Made by a program: the position numbers and the translations under genes. The notes beneath the pieces were generated by a model. That model saw nothing but the letters and a program-made list of their open reading frames with translations. It searched no databases and was not told the DNA's origin. Source: Candidatus Undinarchaeales archaeon (GTDB lineage: Archaea; SpSt-1190; JASMDC01). Taken from it: DNA of 64,000 nucleotides. The DNA lies in the NCBI GenBank assembly GCA_030753015.1, contig JASMDC010000003.1:64001-128000 (forward strand), in the 5' to 3' direction. Numbering within the stretch: the stretch's first letter is position 1; the number at the start of each line of letters is the position of its first letter. Of the stretch, positions 28,922 through 38,194 are shown piece after piece.

Positions 28922-30511
28922 ATGAATTCACCCGTGCCCACACCCATGGGTGACGCCGTCCAGGCAGCCTACCGTCGGGGTGAGGACGATGAGGCCATGG
29001 AGCCGCTTGTGCTCGTGGACGGTGCCGGCCCACCTATCGGTCGCATCAAGGACGGCGACCATGTGATCTTCTACGACATCCGCGGCGAACGGGAAGTGGA
29101 ACTGACCCTGGCATTCGTGGACCCGAGGTTCCCCCACTTCCCGATCGAGCCCATGCGTGTGCCGTTCACGACCATGATCGAGTACCGCAGCGACCTCCCC
29201 GTGTCGGTTGCTTTCCCGTCCCCCGGACGTCTGGACGACACGCTGGCCCACGTGGTCAGCAGGGCGGGCCTGCGCCAGGCACGCGTCTCCGAGTCGGAGA
29301 AGGCCGTCCATATCAACTACTTCTTCTCAGGCAAGTGCGAGAAGCCGCTCCCGGGGGAGGTACGCGAGGAAGTGCCCTCGCCCCGGGACGTGCCCTTCGA
29401 CACCGTCCCGCGGATGAACGCCGAGGGCGTCGCGGACGCAGTGGTCCGCAGGCTCAAGGAGCCGGACCTTGCCTTCATCACCGCCAACATCGCCAACGTG
29501 GACGTCGTGGGCCACATCGAGAACCGCGAGGCGATCGGGACGGCCGTTGCGGCCGTGGACGCCGCGGCAGGGCGTATCATCGAATCCGCACGAGCGGCCG
29601 GTGTGACAACGCTCGTGACCGCCGACCACGGTACCGTGGAGAGCTGGCTCTACTCGGACGGCTCGATCGATACCGGTCACACGAAGAGCCCGGTCCCTTT
29701 CGTGCTCGTCCCCCCCGAGGGCGCGCCCGAGGGGATCGCAATCAGGGACGGCGGCGAACTTGCTGACGTAGCGCCGACAGTCGCAGTCCTCATGGATCTG
29801 GAGACCCCCTCATCCTGGACGGGACGTCCGTTGCTTGCGGACAAGACTGTGCTCTCGCCCGGACGGGTGCTCCTCCTCATCCTCGACGGGTGGGGTGAGG
29901 GCGACAGCGGGGACGGCGACCTAATCGCTTCTGCGAGCACACCGGTCATGGACCGGCTCCGCTCGCTCTATCCCAACACCACCCTGTGCGCTGCGGGCGA
30001 GGCTGTGGGAATGCCCCCGAAGGCTGTTGGCAACTCCGAGGTGGGTCATCTTCATCTGGGTGCCGGACGCCGGATCCCGTCGGACCGTGTCCGCATCGAT
30101 ATGTCGCTTGCCGATGGGAGCTTCTTGGAGAACCCAGCGTTCCTCAACGCTGTGCGGGCCTCACGTGACGCCGGTACGGCACTTCACCTCCTGGGCATTA
30201 TATCGTTCTACTCCTCACATGGCTCCGTGCGCCATCTCAAGGCGCTGCTGGAGCTGGCGGCCCGCGAGCGCCATCCCGAGGTGTACGTCCACGGGATGCT
30301 TGGTAGGCGTGGCGAGCGCCCCGAGGCGGGTGCCGGTTACGTGCGCGATGTCGAACAGGATTGCGCCCGTCTTGGCGTCGGACGGGTCACTACCATGATC
30401 GGGCGCTTCTGGTCCCTGGACAGGGAGGAGAACTGGGACCGTATCGAGAAGACCTATGACGCCTTGGTCCGCGGCGTGGCACGGCACGTACCGGACGATC
30501 CCAAGGAGTGA
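28922..30511 (+). CDS. gpmI: 2,3-bisphosphoglycerate-independent phosphoglycerate mutase, circularly permuted
   Basis: Canonical C-half motifs (ESEK.H, NVDVVGH, TADHG, HT..PVP, LADVAPT) come before canonical N-half motifs (LILDGWG, GNSEVGH..GAGR, GRFWSLDR). Confidence 0.85.
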   Translation: MNSPVPTPMGDAVQAAYRRGEDDEAMEPLVLVDGAGPPIGRIKDGDHVIFYDIRGEREVELTLAFVDPRFPHFPIEPMRVPFTTMIEYRSDLPVSVAFPSPGRLDDTLAHVVSRAGLRQARVSESEKAVHINYFFSGKCEKPLPGEVREEVPSPRDVPFDTVPRMNAEGVADAVVRRLKEPDLAFITANIANVDVVGHIENREAIGTAVAAVDAAAGRIIESARAAGVTTLVTADHGTVESWLYSDGSIDTGHTKSPVPFVLVPPEGAPEGIAIRDGGELADVAPTVAVLMDLETPSSWTGRPLLADKTVLSPGRVLLLILDGWGEGDSGDGDLIASASTPVMDRLRSLYPNTTLCAAGEAVGMPPKAVGNSEVGHLHLGAGRRIPSDRVRIDMSLADGSFLENPAFLNAVRASRDAGTALHLLGIISFYSSHGSVRHLKALLELAARERHPEVYVHGMLGRRGERPEAGAGYVRDVEQDCARLGVGRVTTMIGRFWSLDREENWDRIEKTYDALVRGVARHVPDDPKE

Positions 30512-30516
30512 GCATC

Positions 30517-31536
30517 ATGACGGAACAGGACGCACGCATCGCACAGGACCTCGTACGACCGGAGGCCTTCCCCGAGGAGACCGGTCCCGCAACGTTGATC
30601 CAGACCCATATATCCTTCGTGTTCATCGCCGACGAGCATGTGTACAAGGTGAAGAAGGCCGTTGACTTCGGGTTCCTCGACTTCTCATCCCTTGAGAAGC
30701 GGAAACACTTCTGTGACGCTGAGGTGTCGCTCAATCGCCGACTGTCGCCCCACGTATACCTCGAGGTCGTACCGGTGACCGAGAGCGATGGTCGTCTCGT
30801 GTTCGGCGGGGACGGAGAACCAGTTGACTGGGCCGTTCGGATGCGCCGCATTCCCATGGATAGGCAGATGCTCAAATTGATCGAGGCAGGTAACCTTGTC
30901 GAGCCGGATGTACGTCGTGTGGCCGAGACGATAGCCAAGTTCCATCGTGAAGAACCGGTCAAGCCCGAACTGGCCAAGTTCGGCACACTCGAGACGGTGA
31001 AGTTCAACACCGACGAGAACTTCGAGCAGACGACAGGTTACATCGATCGCACGATCACCCGTGAGCAGTACGATGCGCTCAAGGGCTATACCGATAGATT
31101 CTATCGCGACAGGGCCGACCTTCTGGCCCGAAGGATCTCCGATGGCTTCGTCAAGGACTGCCATGGCGACCTTCATCTGGAGCACATAATCCTCACGGAC
31201 CCGGTGACGGTGTTCGACTGTATAGAGTTCAACGAGCGGTTCCGCTACTCCGACACCGCTGCCGACATAGCTTTCCTTGCCATGGAACTGGACTTCCGTG
31301 GCCGCCCGGAGCTCACCAAGGTGCTCATGGATGCCTATGTGACCGCCTCGGGTGATCCTGATGTGATGGGCATGCTCACCTTCTACAAGGTCTATCGAGC
31401 CTATGTGCGGGGCAAGGTCATCTCGTTCAGGCTGGACGATCCCAACATCCCGGAGGACGAGAAGCGTAAGGCCACCGAGAGCGCGTCACGATACTTCGAG
31501 CTGGCCCACTCCTATGTTGCGGAGGTACTTGCGTGA
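30517..31536 (+). CDS. Aminoglycoside-phosphotransferase/kinase-like protein (COG2187-type)
   Basis: IQTHISFVF, VYKVKKAVDFGFLDFS, EV.LNRRL, CHGDLHL.HI, FDCIEFN, YRAYVRGKV. Confidence 0.88.
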   Translation: MTEQDARIAQDLVRPEAFPEETGPATLIQTHISFVFIADEHVYKVKKAVDFGFLDFSSLEKRKHFCDAEVSLNRRLSPHVYLEVVPVTESDGRLVFGGDGEPVDWAVRMRRIPMDRQMLKLIEAGNLVEPDVRRVAETIAKFHREEPVKPELAKFGTLETVKFNTDENFEQTTGYIDRTITREQYDALKGYTDRFYRDRADLLARRISDGFVKDCHGDLHLEHIILTDPVTVFDCIEFNERFRYSDTAADIAFLAMELDFRGRPELTKVLMDAYVTASGDPDVMGMLTFYKVYRAYVRGKVISFRLDDPNIPEDEKRKATESASRYFELAHSYVAEVLA

Positions 31537-32099
31537 AAGCGCTCGTGATCGCCTGCGGGCTCATGGGCTCTGGAAAGAGCAGCGTCGCCCGTGCCCTCGC
31601 TGAGGTGCTCGCAGCCGATGTCGTCTCCTCCGACGTCGTGCGCAAGGAGCTTACCGATGTGGACCTCGATGAGCATCGGTACGTTGCGTTCGACAAGGGC
31701 ATCTACTCAGGCGACACGACGCGTCTGGTCTACGAGCACATGTGCGAACGGGCAGCGACATGGCTCAAGTCCGGCCAGCCAATCGTGCTCGACGCCTGTT
31801 TCGGGAAACGCTGGCAGCGCGACCTCGCCCGCACCACTGCTCTGCGGTACGGTGCTCCGTTCCTCTGTGTGGAGGTCACCTGCCCCCTCAGCGAGCTGAA
31901 GCGGCGGCTGGCCTCGCGAGAGGCGGACGGAACTGACGTGTCCGACGGACGGCTGGAGATCTTCGAGGAGCACAGGCGCAAGTTCGAGGCCATAGAGGAG
32001 CTGGCGGCACCCGAGCATCTGGTCGTGGATGGTCGGGATCCGCCGAAAGAGAACGCACGGTCGGCCCTTGTCGACCTCAGGAAACGCACGTCCAGGTGA
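31533..32099 (+). CDS. AAA_33/gluconate-kinase-like P-loop kinase (COG0645-type)
   Basis: GLMGSGKS Walker A, SSDVVRKEL, VLDACF, RRL..R, SDGR. Coupled to the upstream gene by GTGA. Confidence 0.88.
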   Translation: MKALVIACGLMGSGKSSVARALAEVLAADVVSSDVVRKELTDVDLDEHRYVAFDKGIYSGDTTRLVYEHMCERAATWLKSGQPIVLDACFGKRWQRDLARTTALRYGAPFLCVEVTCPLSELKRRLASREADGTDVSDGRLEIFEEHRRKFEAIEELAAPEHLVVDGRDPPKENARSALVDLRKRTSR

Positions 32100-32141
32100 T
32101 GATGTGGACATTGGGGCAGGGAAGGGCCCTACCCCGCTTCA

Positions 32142-32214
32142 TGGACTGGACGGGATTTGAACCCGTGGCCTCCGCCTTGCGAAGGCGGCGCTCTACCAGC
32201 TGAGCTACCAGCCC
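32142..32214 (-). tRNA. tRNA-Ala(CGC)
   Basis: Minus strand GGGCTGGTAGCTCAGCTGGTAGAGCGCCGCCTTCGCAAGGCGGAGGCCACGGGTTCAAATCCCGTCCAGTCCA; G3:U70 pair; no intron; no encoded CCA. Confidence 0.97.
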
Positions 32215-32338
32215 ATCGTGCCGTGTCGGCGCTATAGACTTATAATGGTTATCCACGGGCCACCGCCGACGCTACCACGGAATGAGAATGACAAAAGGAA
32301 AGGGTCTTAAGCAGGCGATGTCTGTTCATATATCTACC

Positions 32339-34588
32339 ATGGCGCTAACCGCCCGCACCGTTGTGCGTATCACCTGCTTGCTGCTGCTCCTCGGGATGCT
32401 CATGGCGACCGCCGCGGCCGTCCCGATCGACAATCCCCGTGAGTTGGGCTACGCACGGCTCAAGTTCACTTACAGTGCTGCCATGACGGCCACCCCCAAG
32501 AGCACCGATGCCCGGCTGAGCGAACTGACGGTCCACGTCTTCCGCGTTCCTCAGGAGGACGCGCGGCAGCGCATAGTCTCACTTGACGTTGACACCCCGG
32601 GCAAGCTCGATAACGACGCGCTCGGCAATCGTTTTGCCACGTTCACCTGGAAGGAGGTGGCGCCGGAGGGGACCTATCCCCTCAAGATCACCTCTGAGGT
32701 CGAGGTGCGTGCCAGGCAGGTCCCGGTCCGCGATCCTCCGCCCTTCCCACTCCCTCCCGACGATGTGACGGGCCATCGCGACTTTCTCAACCCCGGCCAG
32801 TTCACGACCTATGACCCGGAAATGGCTGCCATCGCTTTCGAGGTCACTCGCGATGCGACGGACGCCCTGGACGCGGCCATTCTTCTCGCCATATGGGTGC
32901 ACGATTACGTGACGTACGATCCCATTTGCGGTGACACGATCCGCGGCGCGGCCTGGACGTTCGAGAACAAGCGTGGTACCTGCGACGAGATAACCCACCT
33001 GTACATGTCGCTTTGTAGGGCGGTCGGGCTTCCCGTCAGGTACGTCTCCGGTTACGCGTTCGGCACCTTTGAGGAATCGGACGATTGGGGTCCGCATGCC
33101 TGGGCCGAGGTGTTCCTCCCCGGCACGGGCTGGGTGCCCATGGACCCGACCTACAATGAGATCGGTTGGCTCGATCCCACCCATCTGAAGATCTCGGTGT
33201 CCACCGATGGCAACACGACGTCCGAGCGTCACACGGTGCGCTTCGTGGAGGTGGAGCTCGCTAAAAGCGCTCCGGCGATATCTATCGAGGTGCTCGATGC
33301 CGCTGACGCGACCCCGCCCATGACCCTTTCGCTCGATGCACCGGATGAGCTGGGCGCCAACGATCCCGTGCTCATCCGCGCACATGTGAAGAACCTGCGC
33401 GACACCGTGCTCGTAACGTCGCTCAAGCTGGGATATCGTACCGAGAAGGGCGAGTTCCATCTCATCTGGGGACGCGAAGAGCAATCGCTCAGGCTGGAGC
33501 CTCGTGAGGAGGCCGAACTTCACTGGATGCTCCAGGCGCCCGACCTTACCCTTGAGTGCACAACCGATGGAACGGGCCGCAGGTTCTGCACCTACTACCA
33601 GTACGATTTCGCAGTGCACTCCGACGTGACCGCCAACGTGAGTGTGCGGTTCGTATCCAACCACGAGCGGACCGCCGGGCTCAAAGTAGATCTCCCCAAG
33701 GACCGCTACGGTGTGGGGGAGGAGGTGCGCGCAGCGTTGAGCGTGGACGAGCCTACGACTGTGTACGTCATCACCGACGTTACCAAGCTCGATACATCGC
33801 GGTTCACCGTGGACGGGGCGAGCGCCCTGACCTTCCCGGCGGACCGCTCCGGAACCCTCCTCATCTATGCTGCGGACGGGACACTGGTCAATCATACGAT
33901 CCACGTGTCCCAGGACGGCGCCATTGCCGCCGACGCGGTATCGTTCCCCGAGCACGTGACGAAGGGCGAGACCATCCCTGTATCGATAGCCTTGAGGAAT
34001 TCGGGAAGCCGGGATGCATCCCGGTTCGCCGTCCGAGTGAGCAGCCAGAACCTCGTGCTCGCAGAGCGCGTGGTCGATGCCTTGTCTCCGGGGGCATCGA
34101 CCGAGATCATGCTGGAGGTGCCCTCCACGACGCTCGAGGTGGGCGAGCATGTCCTCACACTTGAGGTGGGGGGAGAGAATCCGACTCAGTACTTCGGACA
34201 TGTGCGCATCGAGGGCGCTCCCGCGTTGGCGATGTCGGCAAAGCTACCTGCCCGGATGGTCGCAGGTCGGCGATATCGCAGCGTGCTGACCCTGACGAAC
34301 ACCGGTACCGCTCCCGCGACCGGGCTCGCTTTCAACGTAATTCTCCCTTCCGGGCTCGTCTTCTCGGGTTTCCCGTACCCGCCCACCCTGAACCCTGGCG
34401 AGGTCCACTCAAGGGCCGTGGAGCTGGTGCCTGGCTACGACATGTCCGCGGGGAACCACACCCTTGCCCTGGAGCTCGTCCACGGGGGCTCGACGACACG
34501 GCGCGATTTCAGTTTCGAGGTCGAGAACGGCCCGGCACTCCAGTTCCTAGCACTACTGGATTCGATCTACAAGCTCTTTGTGGGCTGA
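32339..34588 (+). CDS. Exported transglutaminase-like protein with C-terminal CARDB/Ig-like domains
   Basis: Signal peptide; catalytic triad motifs GTCDE, HAWAEV and MDPT; LRNSG/LTNTG beta-sandwich repeats. Confidence 0.88.
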   Translation: MALTARTVVRITCLLLLLGMLMATAAAVPIDNPRELGYARLKFTYSAAMTATPKSTDARLSELTVHVFRVPQEDARQRIVSLDVDTPGKLDNDALGNRFATFTWKEVAPEGTYPLKITSEVEVRARQVPVRDPPPFPLPPDDVTGHRDFLNPGQFTTYDPEMAAIAFEVTRDATDALDAAILLAIWVHDYVTYDPICGDTIRGAAWTFENKRGTCDEITHLYMSLCRAVGLPVRYVSGYAFGTFEESDDWGPHAWAEVFLPGTGWVPMDPTYNEIGWLDPTHLKISVSTDGNTTSERHTVRFVEVELAKSAPAISIEVLDAADATPPMTLSLDAPDELGANDPVLIRAHVKNLRDTVLVTSLKLGYRTEKGEFHLIWGREEQSLRLEPREEAELHWMLQAPDLTLECTTDGTGRRFCTYYQYDFAVHSDVTANVSVRFVSNHERTAGLKVDLPKDRYGVGEEVRAALSVDEPTTVYVITDVTKLDTSRFTVDGASALTFPADRSGTLLIYAADGTLVNHTIHVSQDGAIAADAVSFPEHVTKGETIPVSIALRNSGSRDASRFAVRVSSQNLVLAERVVDALSPGASTEIMLEVPSTTLEVGEHVLTLEVGGENPTQYFGHVRIEGAPALAMSAKLPARMVAGRRYRSVLTLTNTGTAPATGLAFNVILPSGLVFSGFPYPPTLNPGEVHSRAVELVPGYDMSAGNHTLALELVHGGSTTRRDFSFEVENGPALQFLALLDSIYKLFVG

Positions 34589-34600
34589 CGTGCGAGCCCG

Positions 34601-35512
34601 TCATTCAAGAGAGACGGCCAGGTCCTTCTTCGCCAGCTCTTCATTCCGCCCAAGGGCTTCCTGGACCGTTGTCAACAGGTCGTCCATGGACTCCAGGTGC
34701 TGCTCCTGCTGCTTCTCCAGGCGCTCGACCTGCTCGAGCCGGCGGACGAGGGACTTCTCGATGTTGATGATACGCCCATCGAGGAGAGCGAACTCCTTAC
34801 GCATGGTCTCCTCCCAGTCGTGGAGCCTGTCGTTCACACGCCCCTCGATGCTGGTCATGGTCCCCTCGAGCTTGCCCACTCGGCTCTTGAGGGTTACCAT
34901 GCTGGCCTTCAGTTCGCTCGACCGGTCGCCGGACACATGCTCCAGTCGCTCGGTGAGCTCCTCCAGGAGCTTCAGGCGGGTCTCCAGCTCGATTATGTGC
35001 TCCTCATGCGGGCCGGGCGACTCTTCCAGGTGCCTGATCCGGCCTTCTAGGGTCATTCCGCTCTTCTGGAGGGCGAGCACACCATCGTTCATCTCCTTGA
35101 GGTGGCGGTCAACAGCGCTGGACGAGCGTTCCACGGTGGTGGCCAGATCGACCACCTTGCCGATGGTGTCCTCCAGGAAGGTGCGGTCCTTGGTGAACTT
35201 CTCCATCTCACCTGCAAGGAGCTCCACACGACGGACCTCTGACTTGATCTGCTGGCGCAGGTCGTCGGAGCGTTCAGTGAGCTCGACCAGCCGCTCGACC
35301 TCGTCCACGACCTTCATGCTCTCGACGCGCTCCATGCGCTGGAACATGCGTTTCTCGATGTCGGTGACGTGGCCGCGAAGGGTATCGAGCTCCTCACGCG
35401 CATCCAGAACATCCTTCTTGGGAGAGAGTTCGGAGAAACGGCGTCGACAGAGCTTGGACAGCTCTGTGAGGTGGGTGCTCAATACTTCAAGCTCTTCCTC
35501 AACGTTGGTCAT
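34601..35512 (-). CDS. Coiled-coil protein of unknown function
   Basis: 303 aa of near-continuous E/R/L/K heptads, no TM segment. Confidence 0.8.
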   Translation of the reverse strand: MTNVEEELEVLSTHLTELSKLCRRRFSELSPKKDVLDAREELDTLRGHVTDIEKRMFQRMERVESMKVVDEVERLVELTERSDDLRQQIKSEVRRVELLAGEMEKFTKDRTFLEDTIGKVVDLATTVERSSSAVDRHLKEMNDGVLALQKSGMTLEGRIRHLEESPGPHEEHIIELETRLKLLEELTERLEHVSGDRSSELKASMVTLKSRVGKLEGTMTSIEGRVNDRLHDWEETMRKEFALLDGRIINIEKSLVRRLEQVERLEKQQEQHLESMDDLLTTVQEALGRNEELAKKDLAVSLE

Positions 35513-35654
35513 CGCGCTCTCACTCCTCTAGCCCTATCCCATGGGGTGCCGTCTTCCTTTATATTTACGTTGATTTCGCGGACTCGGGTACCGGCATCGC
35601 GCCCCCCACACATAGTTATTTCAGCTTTGGCTAGAAGGTGGAGGGGGAACGGCC

Positions 35655-36977
35655 ATGGTACCTGCACGCCAGAGCGATCTGTTCACTTGGGAGGCCGATG
35701 GAGCTCCTTCCGCTCATGACGATCATTCCGGCCCGATGACCGCATCTGGCAGCATCCCACAATCCGCCCCGAACGACGAGAATGTGCTCTCCGTAACAGA
35801 GCTCACCGCCCGCATCAAGGGTCTTCTCGAGCGGGACAGCGCGCTCGCCGACCTGCGCGTGCGTGGCGAGCTCTCAGGCGTCAAGGAGCACTCCAGTGGC
35901 CACTGGTACTTCACCCTCAAGGACGAGGATGCCGTGGTCGGCTGCGTTATGTGGAGGAGCAGCGCTTCGAAGTTGCGCTTCACACCAGAGGATGGACTGG
36001 AAGTGGTGGCCCATGGGCATGTGTCAGTCTACGAGAAGCGCGGTCAGTACCAGCTCTACGTGCGGTCCCTGGAACCCGCGGGCAAGGGTGGGCTGTACGA
36101 GGCGTTCGAGCGGCTCAAGCATCGCCTCGAGATAGAGGGACTGTTCGCACCTGAGCGCAAGCGGCCCCTTCCGAAGTTCCCCCGATGGATCGGAGTGGTG
36201 ACGTCGCCGACCGGCGCCGTCGTACGTGATATAATCAATGTGCTGGGCCGACGCTGGCCTCTGGCGAACGTCCTCCTGGCGCCTGCGAAGGTACAGGGCG
36301 AGGGGGCTGCCGAAGAGGTGGCGGCGGCAATAGCCCGGTTGAGCGAGCGCGATGACATGGATGTGCTCATCGTGGGGCGCGGGGGTGGTTCCCTTGAGGA
36401 CCTGTGGGCCTTCAACGAGGAGGTCGTGGCACGGGCCATTGCTCAGAGCCCCGTCCCGGTCATATCGGCCGTAGGCCACGAGACCGACTTCACCATCGCG
36501 GACTTCGTGGCGGACGAGCGGGCTCCCACCCCATCTGCCGCTGCAGAGCTGGCCGTACCGGACCGGGCCGAGCTGGCCCGGAGCGTGAGCGAATTTGGAG
36601 GGCGATGTTCGGCCAGTGTCCGGGGACGGCTCGGTCAGGAGCGGAGCGCGATGGCATTGGCCGTCCAGGCGCTCCATGCCCGCGACCCTCGCCGACGCAT
36701 CGAGCAGGAGCGACAGACCATTGACATGCTCACGATGACCCTCACTAACGTCATCATCACCTACATTTCAGAGGGGCGGCGCGACCTTGAGCGGACCGCA
36801 GGAAGGCTCGGGGCGCTCGATCCCCATGCCGTCCTTCAGCGCGGCTACTCGATCACATTGGCCGGGGAGCGGATAGTGCGGGATGCAACAAGCCTCGCAC
36901 CCGGCGATACCGTTCGCACCATACTTGCCCGCGGCGCAGTTTCCTCGCGGGTGGAAATAGTGGAAGATGACAGATAA
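35655..36977 (+). CDS. xseA: Exodeoxyribonuclease VII large subunit
   Basis: SGHWYFTLKD, GQYQLY, GVVTSPTGAVVRDI, RGGGSLEDLWAFNEE, SAVGHETD, PTPSAAAE, LQRGYS. Start codon uncertain. Confidence 0.96.
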   Translation: MVPARQSDLFTWEADGAPSAHDDHSGPMTASGSIPQSAPNDENVLSVTELTARIKGLLERDSALADLRVRGELSGVKEHSSGHWYFTLKDEDAVVGCVMWRSSASKLRFTPEDGLEVVAHGHVSVYEKRGQYQLYVRSLEPAGKGGLYEAFERLKHRLEIEGLFAPERKRPLPKFPRWIGVVTSPTGAVVRDIINVLGRRWPLANVLLAPAKVQGEGAAEEVAAAIARLSERDDMDVLIVGRGGGSLEDLWAFNEEVVARAIAQSPVPVISAVGHETDFTIADFVADERAPTPSAAAELAVPDRAELARSVSEFGGRCSASVRGRLGQERSAMALAVQALHARDPRRRIEQERQTIDMLTMTLTNVIITYISEGRRDLERTAGRLGALDPHAVLQRGYSITLAGERIVRDATSLAPGDTVRTILARGAVSSRVEIVEDDR

Positions 36978-37245
36978 GGACGTGATACTTATGACGGATG
37001 CAGGAGAGGACACAGGACGGGAGAAGGACTTCGAGGCAGCATTGATCCGTCTCAAGGACGTGACCATGACGCTCGAAGGAGGAGACCTCACCCTGGAGGA
37101 GTCCATGCGTCTCTTCGAGGAGGGGATGCGCTTGGCCGCCCAATGCTCCAAGAGGTTGGACGAGGCGGAGCAGCGAGTGGAGGCCCTGGTGGCCGGTAAG
37201 GAGGGAGAGCGGACGGAACCCTTCGCACCCATGGAAGAGCCCTGA
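36967..37245 (+). CDS. xseB: Exodeoxyribonuclease VII small subunit
   Basis: FEAAL.RL.....LE.GDL.LEESMRLFEEG..L...C...L..AE; directly follows xseA. Confidence 0.93.
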   Translation: MTDKDVILMTDAGEDTGREKDFEAALIRLKDVTMTLEGGDLTLEESMRLFEEGMRLAAQCSKRLDEAEQRVEALVAGKEGERTEPFAPMEEP

Positions 37246-37248
37246 GGG

Positions 37249-37752
37249 CTAGCCCTTGAGCACGTGGAAGACCAGATGGGCCATCTCGGAGGCTGCCAGG
37301 CGTGCGCCGAGTGCGGCGGCCTTGGGGGAGCCGGGCACACAAAAAACAGCCCGTCCGGCAACTACTCCCGCCATAGCTCGGGAGAGGAACGCTGCCGTTC
37401 CGACCTGCTCCACAGAACGGGCACGGAAGAGCTCGCCGAACCCCGGTAAAGTCTTGTCCAAGAGGGGCTCTAAGGTCTCGATGGTGATATCGCGAGGTCC
37501 GACACCCGTCCCTCCGGTGCAGAACACCACGTCCACGTCCTTCTCCTGAACGACCGACCGTACGGCGTCGGGCTCGTCGGGGACCACCCGTACCTCGACC
37601 ACCGTTATACCAGCATGCTCCAGCTCATCCCGGGCGGCGGGGCCTGAACGGTCCTCACGTTCACCGCTGTGGCACCGATCGCTCACGGTGACGACCCGGA
37701 CTGTTACGGGGCGGTCGTCAGGTGGTCGGTGATGATGGTCACTCACGAGCAT
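37249..37752 (-). CDS. moaB: MoaB/MogA molybdopterin adenylyltransferase family
   Basis: VVTVSD, DRSG, VVPDE, TGGTGVGPRDIT.E, LPGFGELFR, LSRA.AG, PGSP. Confidence 0.9.
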   Translation of the reverse strand: MLVSDHHHRPPDDRPVTVRVVTVSDRCHSGEREDRSGPAARDELEHAGITVVEVRVVPDEPDAVRSVVQEKDVDVVFCTGGTGVGPRDITIETLEPLLDKTLPGFGELFRARSVEQVGTAAFLSRAMAGVVAGRAVFCVPGSPKAAALGARLAASEMAHLVFHVLKG

Positions 37753-38188
37753 CACCCTTCTTCTTGTCCTCGACCCTGATATCGGTGATGCGTGTCGATG
37801 GATACTGGCCCCCCTCATCCTTCTCGTAGGCCTTGGTCATGTCCCATACAGCAAGTAGGCCAGCGGTGACGCCGGCGAGCGCCTCCATCTCTACACCGGT
37901 GCGCGCCCGGCTCTTGACGGTAACTGTGCACGAGATAGAGCTCTCGTCAAGGTCCCAGTCGACATCCACCCGCTCGATCGGGAGGGGATGGCACAGGGGC
38001 ACGATACGTGGTGTATCCTTGACGGCGAGAACAGCGGCCACTCGGGCAGTGGCCAGGACATCGCCCTTGACGATCCTGCCCTCCCTGACCCGGGCGAGGG
38101 TCCCAGCGCTGAGTAGGATACGACCGGAGGCTCGTGCAGTGCGCGGTACGACCGGTTTCTCGGATACGTCGACCATGGCGGTTCCCAT
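37739..38188 (-). CDS. moaC: Cyclic pyranopterin monophosphate synthase
   Basis: MVDVSEK, KGDVL, PLCHP, TGVEMEAL, WDMTK. Confidence 0.95.
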   Translation of the reverse strand: MGTAMVDVSEKPVVPRTARASGRILLSAGTLARVREGRIVKGDVLATARVAAVLAVKDTPRIVPLCHPLPIERVDVDWDLDESSISCTVTVKSRARTGVEMEALAGVTAGLLAVWDMTKAYEKDEGGQYPSTRITDIRVEDKKKGDARE

Positions 38189-38194
38189 TGTTCA

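Noticed and set aside
35655-37245. xseAB as a novelty in an archaeon
   Set aside because: Exonuclease VII is already known to occur patchily in archaea, and the sequences look ordinary.
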